From: an uncultured Solibacteraceae bacterium
GTDB taxonomy: Bacteria; Acidobacteriota; Vicinamibacteria; Vicinamibacterales; SCN-69-37
Length of the DNA stretch: 64,000 nucleotides
Direction of reading: 5' to 3'
NCBI GenBank assembly: GCA_964419785.1
Contig: CAYQRM010000113.1
Span: 1,376 to 65,375, forward strand
The notes under the pieces are model-generated. The model worked only from the letters and a program-made list of their open reading frames with translations, searched no databases and was not told the origin of the DNA. Positions 36,601-45,588 of the stretch are shown here, piece by piece. A program made the translations under genes and the position numbers. Position 1 is the stretch's first letter; every line of letters starts with the position of its first letter.

Positions 36601-37092
36601 ATTGGTGGGATGGACGATGATGCGGCCGATGCGGCCGGTGGCCTCGAGGCCGACGTGCTTCCAGGTCGCGCCGGCGTCGGTCGACTTGTAGATGCCGTCG
36701 CCGATCACATCGCTGTCGCGAATGACCCAGGCTTCGCCAGTGCCGGCCCACACCTGCTTGGGATCGGACGGCGCGACGGCGAGCGCGCCGATGGCGGCGA
36801 CGTCCTGACCGTCGAAGATTGGCGAGAAGGTCTGTCCGCCGTCAGTGGATTTCCACACGCCGCCCGACGCGCTGCCGAGATAGTACGTGCTCGGGTCGCC
36901 GGCGATGCCGACGACGGACGCGATGCGACCGCCGGCTGGCGGTCCCATGTAGCGGAACTTGAGGGGCTCGACCGGAAGGCTGACCGGCCCGCCGGGCCCG
37001 CCGCCGCGCTGGCCGAACACGCTGACGCCGAGCGCGATGACCGCGCCAACGCTCAGCACCACTTGCCACTTCCCCACCCCTCGGATGCCCAT
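33688..37092 (-). CDS. Secreted BNR/Asp-box beta-propeller protein (sortilin/VPS10-like), paralogue 3
   Basis: From ORF 33688..37239; the first 49 codons read through a palindrome. The ATG at 37092 is preceded by GGAGG and gives MGIRGVGKWQVVLSVGAVIALGVSVF. Asp-boxes include WKSTDGGQTF, YKSTDAGATW, FKTADGGATW, YKSTDGGSTW and WRSDDGGNTF. Confidence 0.85.
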   Translation of the reverse strand: MGIRGVGKWQVVLSVGAVIALGVSVFGQRGGGPGGPVSLPVEPLKFRYMGPPAGGRIASVVGIAGDPSTYYLGSASGGVWKSTDGGQTFSPIFDGQDVAAIGALAVAPSDPKQVWAGTGEAWVIRDSDVIGDGIYKSTDAGATWKHVGLEATGRIGRIIVHPTNPNIAFVCAIGRVTGPQQERGVFKTADGGATWQKVLFVNQDTGCSGLTMDAKDPNVLFAGTWQVVMHTWGEFSGGAGSGVYKSTDGGSTWKKIEAGLPRPPYGKVDVAIAPSNPQRVYALIQTADQGSLWRSDDGGNTFAVVSWDRGLIGRAGYYIRIAVNPQNPDDVFIANSGFHRSYDGGKTFGGRGGAGAGAPPAAAAPAANAAGGGRGGRGGGAAGGGAAPAPAGGGGFGGGGGNASCGDCHDIWIDPTNPARYVLTDDGGMNIATGQGSTISVSLPNAQNYHVAVDNRVPYWIYSNRQDDGTMRGPSTVTAETGNGRLPDVAPASAGAGGRGGRGGGGGGGGRGVGGGLAWEPNLGGCESGFTIPDPTDADVVWATCYGNKLTRWDGKTRTARSVSPWMITLDSEPNKSKYRCHWTAPLAIDPLEHNSVYYGCQVVFKTTNAGQSWKVISPDLSHQDQSKIVSSGGIVGDNLGQFAPEVVFAITPSPISEGLVWAGTNDGKLWYTKDGGASGNWTDVSKNITGMPELGTISKIDASSFDAGTAYVAVDAHLMDDMKPYIFKTTDFGATWKKVTGDLPTAHPLDYVKAVTENPNKKGMLFAGTGHAFFYSMDDGAHWTQFKEGLPPSPVTWIVVEPRYHDVVVSTYGRGLYIMPDITILEQTGKPQAPPTTQLFAPRPGIRQARNGTAEFLLSVASAPSGAVPMVILDSTGKVVRSQQAQVRQGLNRITWDMRYDPPVLVALRTTPQQNPHIWDEPRFNGRDTRPITHWGVGAGTAIPIAAPGKYSVKFTIDGKDLTQPFEIIKDPAIAASDADLVESTKMQVRIRDDITATSGMVNQMEVTRKQIEDLLKANQGKDELEKPLMDLNQKIMNVELLLVTKSDMLSDDKYFPEAYAVYMNLLWLGGAVGTGASDEAGGAEWKPRDAAYDILSNIEKQLNDAKTGLANLNDKDIPAFNKTMAGKLPTIK

Positions 37093-37114
37093 GTCGTCCT
37101 CCGAAGGGATTATA

Positions 37115-37220
37115 GGGGACGGGGGTTTTTTCCACAGAATTTGGCGCGCCGGAGCCGGAGGTCGCCGGGGCGACCTCCGGCTCCGGCGCGCCTCATTCTG
37201 TGGAAAAAACCCCCGTCCCC
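37115..37220. repeat. 106-bp near-perfect palindrome (52-bp arms, 2-nt centre, 2 mismatches)
   Basis: The left arm GGGGACGGGGGTTTTTTCCACAGAATttGGCGCGCCGGAGCCGGAGGTCGCC (37115-37166) is complementary to 37169-37220. The right arm encodes the last 9 codons and the TGA stop of the ABC permease. Confidence 0.9.
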
Positions 37221-38116
37221 CTGTCCAACGCCGCCGCAATCAACAACACGGCGCCTTTGACGATCATTTGGTCGTAGGGACTGACGTTGAAGAGATTGAG
37301 GCCGTTGTTGAGGATACCGATGAAGAACGCGCCGGCCAGCGTGCCCCAGATCGATCCGCGCCCGCCGAAGAGACTCGTCCCGCCGACGACGACCGCCGCG
37401 ACCGCGTCGAGCTCGTAGAGCTCGCCCGCGCGCGGGTAGCCCGCGTTCAAGCGGGACGCCACGAGCACGCCGGCGAGTCCGGCGCCGAGCCCGCAGATCA
37501 CGTACACGCTCATCAGCACGCGATTCACGCGCACGCCCGACAGCCACGCCGCCTGCGGATTCCCACCGGTGGCGTAGACATGTCTGCCGAATGCGGTGCG
37601 CGTCAGCAGCGCCCACGCGAGCGCGAACACAATCACCATCGCGAGCGCCATCGGGCCGCGCTCGCTGAGCGCCGCGAATCCCGGCGGCAGGCCCGAAATC
37701 GTGTTCGCGTTCGTGTACTTGTACGCGGCGCCGCGCACGATGAGCAGCATCGCGAGCGTGACGACAAACGGCGGCACGCGGACGCGCGTCACCACGAAGC
37801 CGTTGATTGCCCCGACCACGAGCCCGACGCCCAACCCGACGCCGACGCCGGCCCAGGTGCCCCATCCGTGCACAAGCGCATCGGCGCAGAGCACGCCCGA
37901 CAGACCGACGACCGATCCGACCGAGAGATCGATCCCGGCGGTCAGGATCACAAACGTCATGCCGGCCGCGATCACCGCCGGAAACGCGTTCTGGCGAAGC
38001 ACGTTGGTGAGGTTGTCGACGGTGAAGAACGTGTGGGTCGCGAGCGCGAGCACCAGACACTCGACGCCGAGCGCGATGAAGATCGCGTATTTCGACAGCG
38101 CGCGCCAGGCCTTCAT
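37193..38116 (-). CDS. CUT2-family sugar ABC transporter permease (RbsC/AraH-like)
   Basis: 307-aa polytopic ORF. The ATG at 38116 overlaps the ATPase stop as ATGA. The C-terminal pattern is GGRGSIWGTLAGAFFIGILNNGL. Confidence 0.9.
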   Translation of the reverse strand: MKAWRALSKYAIFIALGVECLVLALATHTFFTVDNLTNVLRQNAFPAVIAAGMTFVILTAGIDLSVGSVVGLSGVLCADALVHGWGTWAGVGVGLGVGLVVGAINGFVVTRVRVPPFVVTLAMLLIVRGAAYKYTNANTISGLPPGFAALSERGPMALAMVIVFALAWALLTRTAFGRHVYATGGNPQAAWLSGVRVNRVLMSVYVICGLGAGLAGVLVASRLNAGYPRAGELYELDAVAAVVVGGTSLFGGRGSIWGTLAGAFFIGILNNGLNLFNVSPYDQMIVKGAVLLIAAALDRGTGVFSTE

Positions 38117-39582
38117 GCCGGCATCGCCAGCGTCATGACACGCTCAGCGCTCATCTCGGCCGCGTCCAGCTGACCCATCACGCGGCCCTCCCGCATGACA
38201 ATCACACGATCGCTCATGCCGAGCAGCTCCTCGAGGTCGGACGAAATCATCAGGATCGCCAGACCCTCGGCCGTCAGCCGGTTCATGAGCGCGTAGATCT
38301 CGGCGCGCGCGCCGACGTCCACGCCGCGCGTCGGCTCGTCGAGAATCACGACGCGCCGCCGCTCGAGCAAAAAGCGCGCGAGCAGCGTCTTCTGTTGATT
38401 GCCGCCCGAGAGTGTCCCCGCAGGCTGCGCTAGACTCGATGCCCGGACGTCAAAGTCGCGCGCGGCCTTCGCGGCCGCGTCTCGCTCGCGCGCGCGATCG
38501 AGCAGCCCCGCGCGGACGAACGCGGCGAGACTGGCGATCGTGATGTTCGTCGCTGTCGCAAGCGTGGGAAAGATGCCGCGGGCTTTGCGATCCTCGGTGA
38601 GATAGGCGATCCCGCGCGACATCGCCTGATCCGGTGATGAGGCGCGCACCTGCTCGCCGCCGACGAGCACATCCCCGCTCGACCGCAGCGCGCCGCCGAT
38701 GGCGAGACCGAGCGACGTGCGGCCCGCGCCGACGAGTCCGGCGACACCGACGATTTCCCCCGCGCGCACCGTGAACGACACGTCATGAAAGCGCGCGCCT
38801 GCCGACAACCCGCGCACGTCGAGCACCACCGCGCCAGGCTCGACCTGCCGCGCCGGAAACTCCTCGGACACCTCGCGCCCGACCATCCACCGAATGATCT
38901 GCGCGCGGTCCACATCTTTCAGGTCAACTGCTGCCACCCGTCGACCATCGCGCAGCACCGTCACGCGATTCGCGATGGCAAAGATCTCTTCAAAGCGATG
39001 CGAGATGAAGAGCACGGCAAGCCCGCGCTCCGAAAGCTGGCGCACGGCGTCGAGCAATCGACTCACCTCGCGCGCGGACAAACTGGCCGAGGGCTCGTCG
39101 AGGATGAGCACGCGCGCGTCCTGCTCGAGCGCGCGCGCGATCTCGGTCAATTGCTGCTGCGCGACGCTCAGCCGGCCCACGGGCGTCGTGACGTCGACGT
39201 CGACGCCGAGCTCCCGCAGCCGGGCGCGCGCGCTGGCCGCCATCTCCGCGCGCCGAAGGAAGGGTCGGCCGCGCTCGCGCCCGAGAAAGATGTTCTCGGC
39301 CACGCTCAGCTCCGGCACGAGCGTGAATTCCTGATGGACGATGCTCAGCCCGGCGTTGCGCACGGCGAGGGGATCGCCAGAGGGAAGCGGCGCGCCTCGA
39401 AATTCGACGTATCCAGCGTCGGCGGGCACCGCGCCGGCGAGGATCTTGACGAGCGTCGACTTCCCCGCGCCGTTCTCGCCCACGAGCGCCCGCACCTCGC
39501 CCGCTTCGAGATCGAGATCGACGCTATCGAGCACGCGCACGCCGCCGTACGACTTCGACAGCCCGCGCGCCGACAGGATCAC
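38113..39582 (-). CDS. CUT2-family sugar ABC transporter ATP-binding protein (fused double ATPase, RbsA-like)
   Basis: 489 aa. Walker A motifs are GENGAGKST and GLVGAGRTS, the signature is LSGGNQQK, and Walker B is ILDEPTRGVD. The GTG start overlaps the binding-protein stop (GTGA). Confidence 0.9.
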   Translation of the reverse strand: MILSARGLSKSYGGVRVLDSVDLDLEAGEVRALVGENGAGKSTLVKILAGAVPADAGYVEFRGAPLPSGDPLAVRNAGLSIVHQEFTLVPELSVAENIFLGRERGRPFLRRAEMAASARARLRELGVDVDVTTPVGRLSVAQQQLTEIARALEQDARVLILDEPSASLSAREVSRLLDAVRQLSERGLAVLFISHRFEEIFAIANRVTVLRDGRRVAAVDLKDVDRAQIIRWMVGREVSEEFPARQVEPGAVVLDVRGLSAGARFHDVSFTVRAGEIVGVAGLVGAGRTSLGLAIGGALRSSGDVLVGGEQVRASSPDQAMSRGIAYLTEDRKARGIFPTLATATNITIASLAAFVRAGLLDRARERDAAAKAARDFDVRASSLAQPAGTLSGGNQQKTLLARFLLERRRVVILDEPTRGVDVGARAEIYALMNRLTAEGLAILMISSDLEELLGMSDRVIVMREGRVMGQLDAAEMSAERVMTLAMPA

Positions 39583-40487
39583 TTGACGATGCCGACGTCA
39601 ACGGCCACGCTCGTAGGCACCGCTTTGCCCGCGAGCGCGTCCGCGATGAGATCGATCGCCGTCTGGCCGATCTTCGTCGGATATTGCACGACGGACGCCT
39701 TGAGCGGACCGCCCGACTTGATCGCGGCCTGCTCTTCGTCGGTGGCGTCATAGCCCACGATGACGATGTCCTTGCGGCCGGACGCGGTGACGACTCCAAG
39801 CGCGCCGAGCGCCGAATCGTCGTTGATGCCGAACACGCCCGTCACATCCGGATGCGCTTGCAGCATGTCCTCCATCACTTGCGACGCCTTCGCGCGCTGT
39901 CCTTCGCCCGACGGCTTCGCAACGATGCTGATGCCGGGGTACTTCTTCATCGCGTCTTCAAATCCCTTGACGCGCTCCTGCACCGACGCCAGGTTGGGCT
40001 GGTCGATGATGATCACCTTGCCCTTGTTGCCCATGAAGCCGGCAAGCGCATCGGCGGCGAGTCCGCCGCCCTGCACGTTGTCGCTCGCCACGTGCGACAC
40101 GATCTTGCCGCCGTGCGCCGCGATGTCCGCCGTGAACACGGGAATCCCCGCGCGCTCGGGCCCGGCGAGCGCGGGCACGATGCCGTCCGAGTCGCACGGC
40201 GCCGCCAGAATCGCCGCGACATGCTGCGCGACGAAGTCCTCGATCTGCGACGCCTGCTTGGCCGGATCGTTCTCGCACGCGACGACGACGACATCGAGGC
40301 CCTTCGCGGCCGCCTCGCTCCGGATGCCGGCCTCGAGCGCTTTGTAGAACGCGTGAGTCTGCGTCAGCAGCGTCACGCCCACGACCTTGCGCGTGCTCTT
40401 CGCCGGCGAGGATCCGCCGCAGGCCGCGCCGAGCGCCAGCGCGGCCATCGTCGCCACCATCGTCAGCTGTCTGGTGCCAATTCGCAT
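39579..40487 (-). CDS. Sugar ABC transporter substrate-binding lipoprotein (RbsB-like, PBP type I)
   Basis: 302 aa with lipobox LALGAACGG. The pattern is KVVGVTLLTQTHAFYKALEAG. Confidence 0.9.
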   Translation of the reverse strand: MRIGTRQLTMVATMAALALGAACGGSSPAKSTRKVVGVTLLTQTHAFYKALEAGIRSEAAAKGLDVVVVACENDPAKQASQIEDFVAQHVAAILAAPCDSDGIVPALAGPERAGIPVFTADIAAHGGKIVSHVASDNVQGGGLAADALAGFMGNKGKVIIIDQPNLASVQERVKGFEDAMKKYPGISIVAKPSGEGQRAKASQVMEDMLQAHPDVTGVFGINDDSALGALGVVTASGRKDIVIVGYDATDEEQAAIKSGGPLKASVVQYPTKIGQTAIDLIADALAGKAVPTSVAVDVGIVK

Positions 40488-40523
40488 GGATCGCCTCGAA
40501 CGAATGAAAGGGACCAGGCGCGG

Positions 40524-43500
40524 CTAGCGCCGATCGGGGCCGGGCCCCTTGCTCGGCCGCGGCTCCTCCTTGCCCGGCTGCGCGGGCGCCTTCACGACCG
40601 GCTCGGGAAAGTCCGCCAAGTACAACGGCATCGCGGGCGTTGTCGCCTGCGACTCGCCGGTCGCGGTCACGGCAAAGATGCGCAAGCGGCTGTCGCTCGG
40701 CAGTTTGATCTCGTGGACGCCGGCAGGCAGATCGATCTCGTACTTGAAGACGTACGCCGACACGTACGGTTCGTTGCCGTCCGGATCGTGACGGTGCGTC
40801 GCTATCCACGCGATCTCGTCACGCTTGAGAAACGCCGGATTGATCTTGTCGATGCCGGTCACGATGCCCGTCTTCGGATCCCAGTCGACCACGAGCCCGT
40901 TGTTGCCGTTCTGCACCGCAAACGGCTCGTGCAGTGACGGCGCAATGTCCTTGAGCCGGCTCCACCACTGACCGACCGGCCCCTGCCACTCCCGAACGGT
41001 CAAGCTCTTCGACGCGGGGCCGAGTCCAATCGATGTGGCGACGTCGCCGCCGACGGCATCGGCGAGCACGTAGACGCGTGTGAAATTGCCCGCCGGCAAT
41101 TTCAGCGTCTGTCCGCTCGGCACGAGCACGTTCTTCGCGCCCGGCTGCGATGGTCCGAACGCGAACGGCACGCCGTCGATCTGCAGACTGCGCGGGAAGA
41201 GTTCGGACGGGATCGTGTGCTTCTTGCCGTCGAAGTCGCCGTCGGCGCGCGACGTGTCGCTCGAGACGCCGTCGAGGTTGAACGGAAGATCGACGGTCGC
41301 CATCGCCGGGACGACGGGCTTCGACACGGTCGGAAACGTGTTGCCGCCTCGTCCGCCGCCTCCGCCACCGCGACCGCCGCGTCCTGCCGCGGCCGCGGCC
41401 GCCGCTTGCGCGTTGGCATATGCCTGGAACGATGCCGACGCGTCCCAGGCGTTCTGAAGCGTGAGCGCGAGCGCGCGCGGCTGGTACGCGGTGAGACTGA
41501 TCTGGAGCGTCGTCGGCGCAGGTGGAGGGACGTTGACGTTTGCGCCACCGCGTCCGCCGCCACCGCCGCGGTTGGGCTGCGGCAACGTGAACGGTCCGAC
41601 CTCCTCTTCGGCGGCGTTCACTTCACGCGCGCGCAGAATCGGCACGCCGAGACGAATCGTCACGTTCTGCGCGGGCTGACCGTACCGCTCCTGCACGCGC
41701 AGGATCGCCTCGTCGCTGTCCTCCGCCTTCTTCATCGCGACGATCGCGACCTGGCCGGACGTGTCTGGCAACCCATTCGAGAGCACCGTCGCCATCGAAT
41801 ACTCGCGGCCGAGCGCGCCGGGATGCGCCGACGTCTGAAACGCGACGAGCGGTTGATTGAGTGCCGTCGCGCGCACCGGCATCCGGCCCTGCTTCCAGTC
41901 GCCCGCATGTCCGGCGATCGCGTACACGAAGCGGTGATGTCCGAGGTCGTTGCTGCTCTGATACGTGTAGCCGGTCGTCGGCCGCGGCGTGTGCAGGAGG
42001 GTCAGCCGAATCGTGCCGTCGTTCGGCTTGTCCCAGCCGTATTTGCTGTCGTTGATGATCCCGACGCCGAACTTGCCGCTCACGTCATCGATGTCCGCCC
42101 ATTTCTGCGCGGGTACTTCGTACTTATCGGGCTCGTTGTTCGTGCGCGCGATCGTGCCGAGGCCCAGGTCGTAAATCGCCTTCGGGTTGGACGCGGCGAG
42201 CGGGAACGACGCTTTGAGCTCGGAATTCGGCGAGCGCCAGTCGACGAGATTCTCGACGTCGACGCGATCGCCGTTCTCGCTCAACCGGACGCGCTGCACG
42301 AACGTCGAGCCGGACGCTTTGCGCGTGATCTCGAGGCCGGCGCGCACGGGCCCGTGCTCGATCACTTTCACCGTCGGATTCGCCACGTATTCGCGGGCGG
42401 GCGATTGCACGGTGTCGTACAACACCTCCCACGCCGGCCACGATGACGACGGGTTGTCGCGCAGCTCGAGCATGACGGGCGCCGACAAGAGCTCGTGTTT
42501 CGCGTCTTTGTCATAAATCGACGCGATGTCGCCGTTCTCGTCGATCTTCACGCGAATGCGATTGCTCTCGAGTGACGACGTCGTGACCTTGAGCGACGTC
42601 GATGCGGCCGGTGCCGCCGCGGCGGCGGCCCGCACGTGGAACACGCCGTAGCCCATCGACGGCACGTCGGCCTCGAAGACGATCCGCGTGCCTGACGCGC
42701 CCGACTCAATCACCTGCGACGGGACCGTCTCGCCCGTACTGTCATTGACGACGGTCACGGCCGCCGCGGGCGTCGAGAAATTGATCGTCGCCTCGACCGG
42801 CTCGCGGCGCGGCATCGACACCGGGTTGTAGACGACCAGCGGCGTGCCGGTGCCGCTCGTATCGAGCAGCGACGCGACCGCGTTGGTCGAGCTCGTCAGC
42901 ACGCCCGCGAACTGATTGAGCGACGCGATCTCGTCGTTCCACGAGAACTGGTACGCCTGCGGAATGCAGGTGCCCGTCAGGTCATCGTGAAACTGATGCC
43001 AGAGGAACCGGATCCACGCGTCGCGCAGACGTGCGGTCGGATACGGCTCGCCGGCGAGGTACAGCGCCGCGACGCCGGCTTTCTCCGCCGCGTCGGCCAG
43101 AAGCTCGTTGGTGCGGTTGAACCGCTTCATGGCCGCCTGCGACGTGTAGCAGCCCGTCCCGTGCGTTTTCAGAATCAACTCGTCGTTGTAGACCGGCAGC
43201 GACGCGCGCTGCTCCGGCGTCAAGTCTTTCGCGAGCTGGTCGGGCGACGTGTTCTTCACGGTGAGATTCGGCGGGGGCGTCGTAATCGCCTTTTGGACCA
43301 TTTGCACGGACTGATCGGTCGGACCGCCGCCGGTGTCGCCGGTGCCGAAGTACCGGAACTCGAGGGCGTTGCCGCCGCCGACGTTGGTCGGATCGTTCAG
43401 CCACGGCGTGTTGTTGGCGCTGCCGTTCGTGTCCTCGAGCGAGATGTCCTGCGTCAACCGCGTGCCGTAGCCGCCCGGATTGAGCTCGGCGATGATCTCG

Positions 43501-44087
43501 CTGCCGTCCACGCCCTTCCAGCGGCCAATCGGAAACGGAATCGGCCGTCCCCACGTCAGCTTCTGCGTCGAGAACGAAATCAGTCCGGAGTGCGCCGCGA
43601 TCGACGGGAGCGCGAATCCAAACCCGAAGCAGTCCGGCAGGTAGACATCCTTGGGTTCCTTCTTGAACTCCTCACGGAAGAACCGCTGCGCGTAGAGCGC
43701 TTGCCGGAAGAGCGACTCGGGCGAGGGCATGTTGGTGTCGACCGCGTCGATCCACGATCCGGCGAGCCGCCACCGATCGGCCGCGACGTACTGCTGCACC
43801 TTCGCCCACTCGTCCGGGTGGTACTCCTTGAACCACATGTAGTGGATCGCGCCCTCCCACGAGAACTTGTAGTCGGGGTACTTCTCGAAGTACTCAAAGT
43901 TCGTGTGGAACGTCTTCGGGATGTGGTCGCGGATCGAATCCTGGACCGTCCAGTTCCACTGTGAATCGAGATGGGCCGTCGCCACCAGGTACAGCGTCGT
44001 CTTCGCCGCTTGCGCGGCGGTCCCGACCGGCGTCAGGCCGACCGCCAGAGCCACTGCCGTCGTCACCACCATCCACCAGCGTTTCAT
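40524..44087 (-). CDS. Secreted glycoside hydrolase family 38 (alpha-mannosidase-like)
   Basis: 1187 aa. The ATG at 44087 is preceded by GGGAG, and a signal peptide is present. The GH38 N-terminal pattern is LVATAHLDSQWNWT..YKFSWEGAIHYMW..WRLAGSWIDAVDTNMPSPESLFRQ. Confidence 0.8.
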   Translation of the reverse strand: MKRWWMVVTTAVALAVGLTPVGTAAQAAKTTLYLVATAHLDSQWNWTVQDSIRDHIPKTFHTNFEYFEKYPDYKFSWEGAIHYMWFKEYHPDEWAKVQQYVAADRWRLAGSWIDAVDTNMPSPESLFRQALYAQRFFREEFKKEPKDVYLPDCFGFGFALPSIAAHSGLISFSTQKLTWGRPIPFPIGRWKGVDGSEIIAELNPGGYGTRLTQDISLEDTNGSANNTPWLNDPTNVGGGNALEFRYFGTGDTGGGPTDQSVQMVQKAITTPPPNLTVKNTSPDQLAKDLTPEQRASLPVYNDELILKTHGTGCYTSQAAMKRFNRTNELLADAAEKAGVAALYLAGEPYPTARLRDAWIRFLWHQFHDDLTGTCIPQAYQFSWNDEIASLNQFAGVLTSSTNAVASLLDTSGTGTPLVVYNPVSMPRREPVEATINFSTPAAAVTVVNDSTGETVPSQVIESGASGTRIVFEADVPSMGYGVFHVRAAAAAAPAASTSLKVTTSSLESNRIRVKIDENGDIASIYDKDAKHELLSAPVMLELRDNPSSSWPAWEVLYDTVQSPAREYVANPTVKVIEHGPVRAGLEITRKASGSTFVQRVRLSENGDRVDVENLVDWRSPNSELKASFPLAASNPKAIYDLGLGTIARTNNEPDKYEVPAQKWADIDDVSGKFGVGIINDSKYGWDKPNDGTIRLTLLHTPRPTTGYTYQSSNDLGHHRFVYAIAGHAGDWKQGRMPVRATALNQPLVAFQTSAHPGALGREYSMATVLSNGLPDTSGQVAIVAMKKAEDSDEAILRVQERYGQPAQNVTIRLGVPILRAREVNAAEEEVGPFTLPQPNRGGGGGRGGANVNVPPPAPTTLQISLTAYQPRALALTLQNAWDASASFQAYANAQAAAAAAAGRGGRGGGGGGRGGNTFPTVSKPVVPAMATVDLPFNLDGVSSDTSRADGDFDGKKHTIPSELFPRSLQIDGVPFAFGPSQPGAKNVLVPSGQTLKLPAGNFTRVYVLADAVGGDVATSIGLGPASKSLTVREWQGPVGQWWSRLKDIAPSLHEPFAVQNGNNGLVVDWDPKTGIVTGIDKINPAFLKRDEIAWIATHRHDPDGNEPYVSAYVFKYEIDLPAGVHEIKLPSDSRLRIFAVTATGESQATTPAMPLYLADFPEPVVKAPAQPGKEEPRPSKGPGPDRR

Positions 44088-44178
44088 GTGATCTCCCGTC
44101 GAGCGTGATGCTACGGCGCTCGGCGGCAGGTTTCAAGGCATGGCGAGATCGGGCAGAATGCGGGTGAGAGGTCTTCTG

Positions 44179-45585
<1,407 letters not shown>

Positions 45586-45588
45586 GCG

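Noticed and set aside
37115-37220. The 106-bp palindrome considered as a MITE or mobile element.
   Set aside because: No target-site duplication is visible at the flanks (..ATTATA | CTGTCC..). There is no second copy in the window and no transposase. It is therefore reported as a repeat or structure only.
34675-37260. Very long ORFs on the strand opposite recognised genes. Examples are 34675..37260 (+, 861 aa), 3803..5725 (+), 12356..13726 (+), 26606..29020 (+), 60053..61879 (+), 43894..45543 (-) and 19288..20247 (-).
   Set aside because: Their translations are Arg/Ala/Pro/Gly-dominated with no motifs. They are fully overlapped by genes with clear domain signatures on the other strand. This is the typical stop-codon-poor antisense shadow of a high-GC genome.
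44088-44178. The divergent spacer between GH38 and the NtrC-type regulator, searched for sigma54 and sigma70 promoter elements.
   Set aside because: The only near match is TGGCGAGATCGGGCA, which has GG-N9-GC spacing. I can defend nothing there without TSS data.
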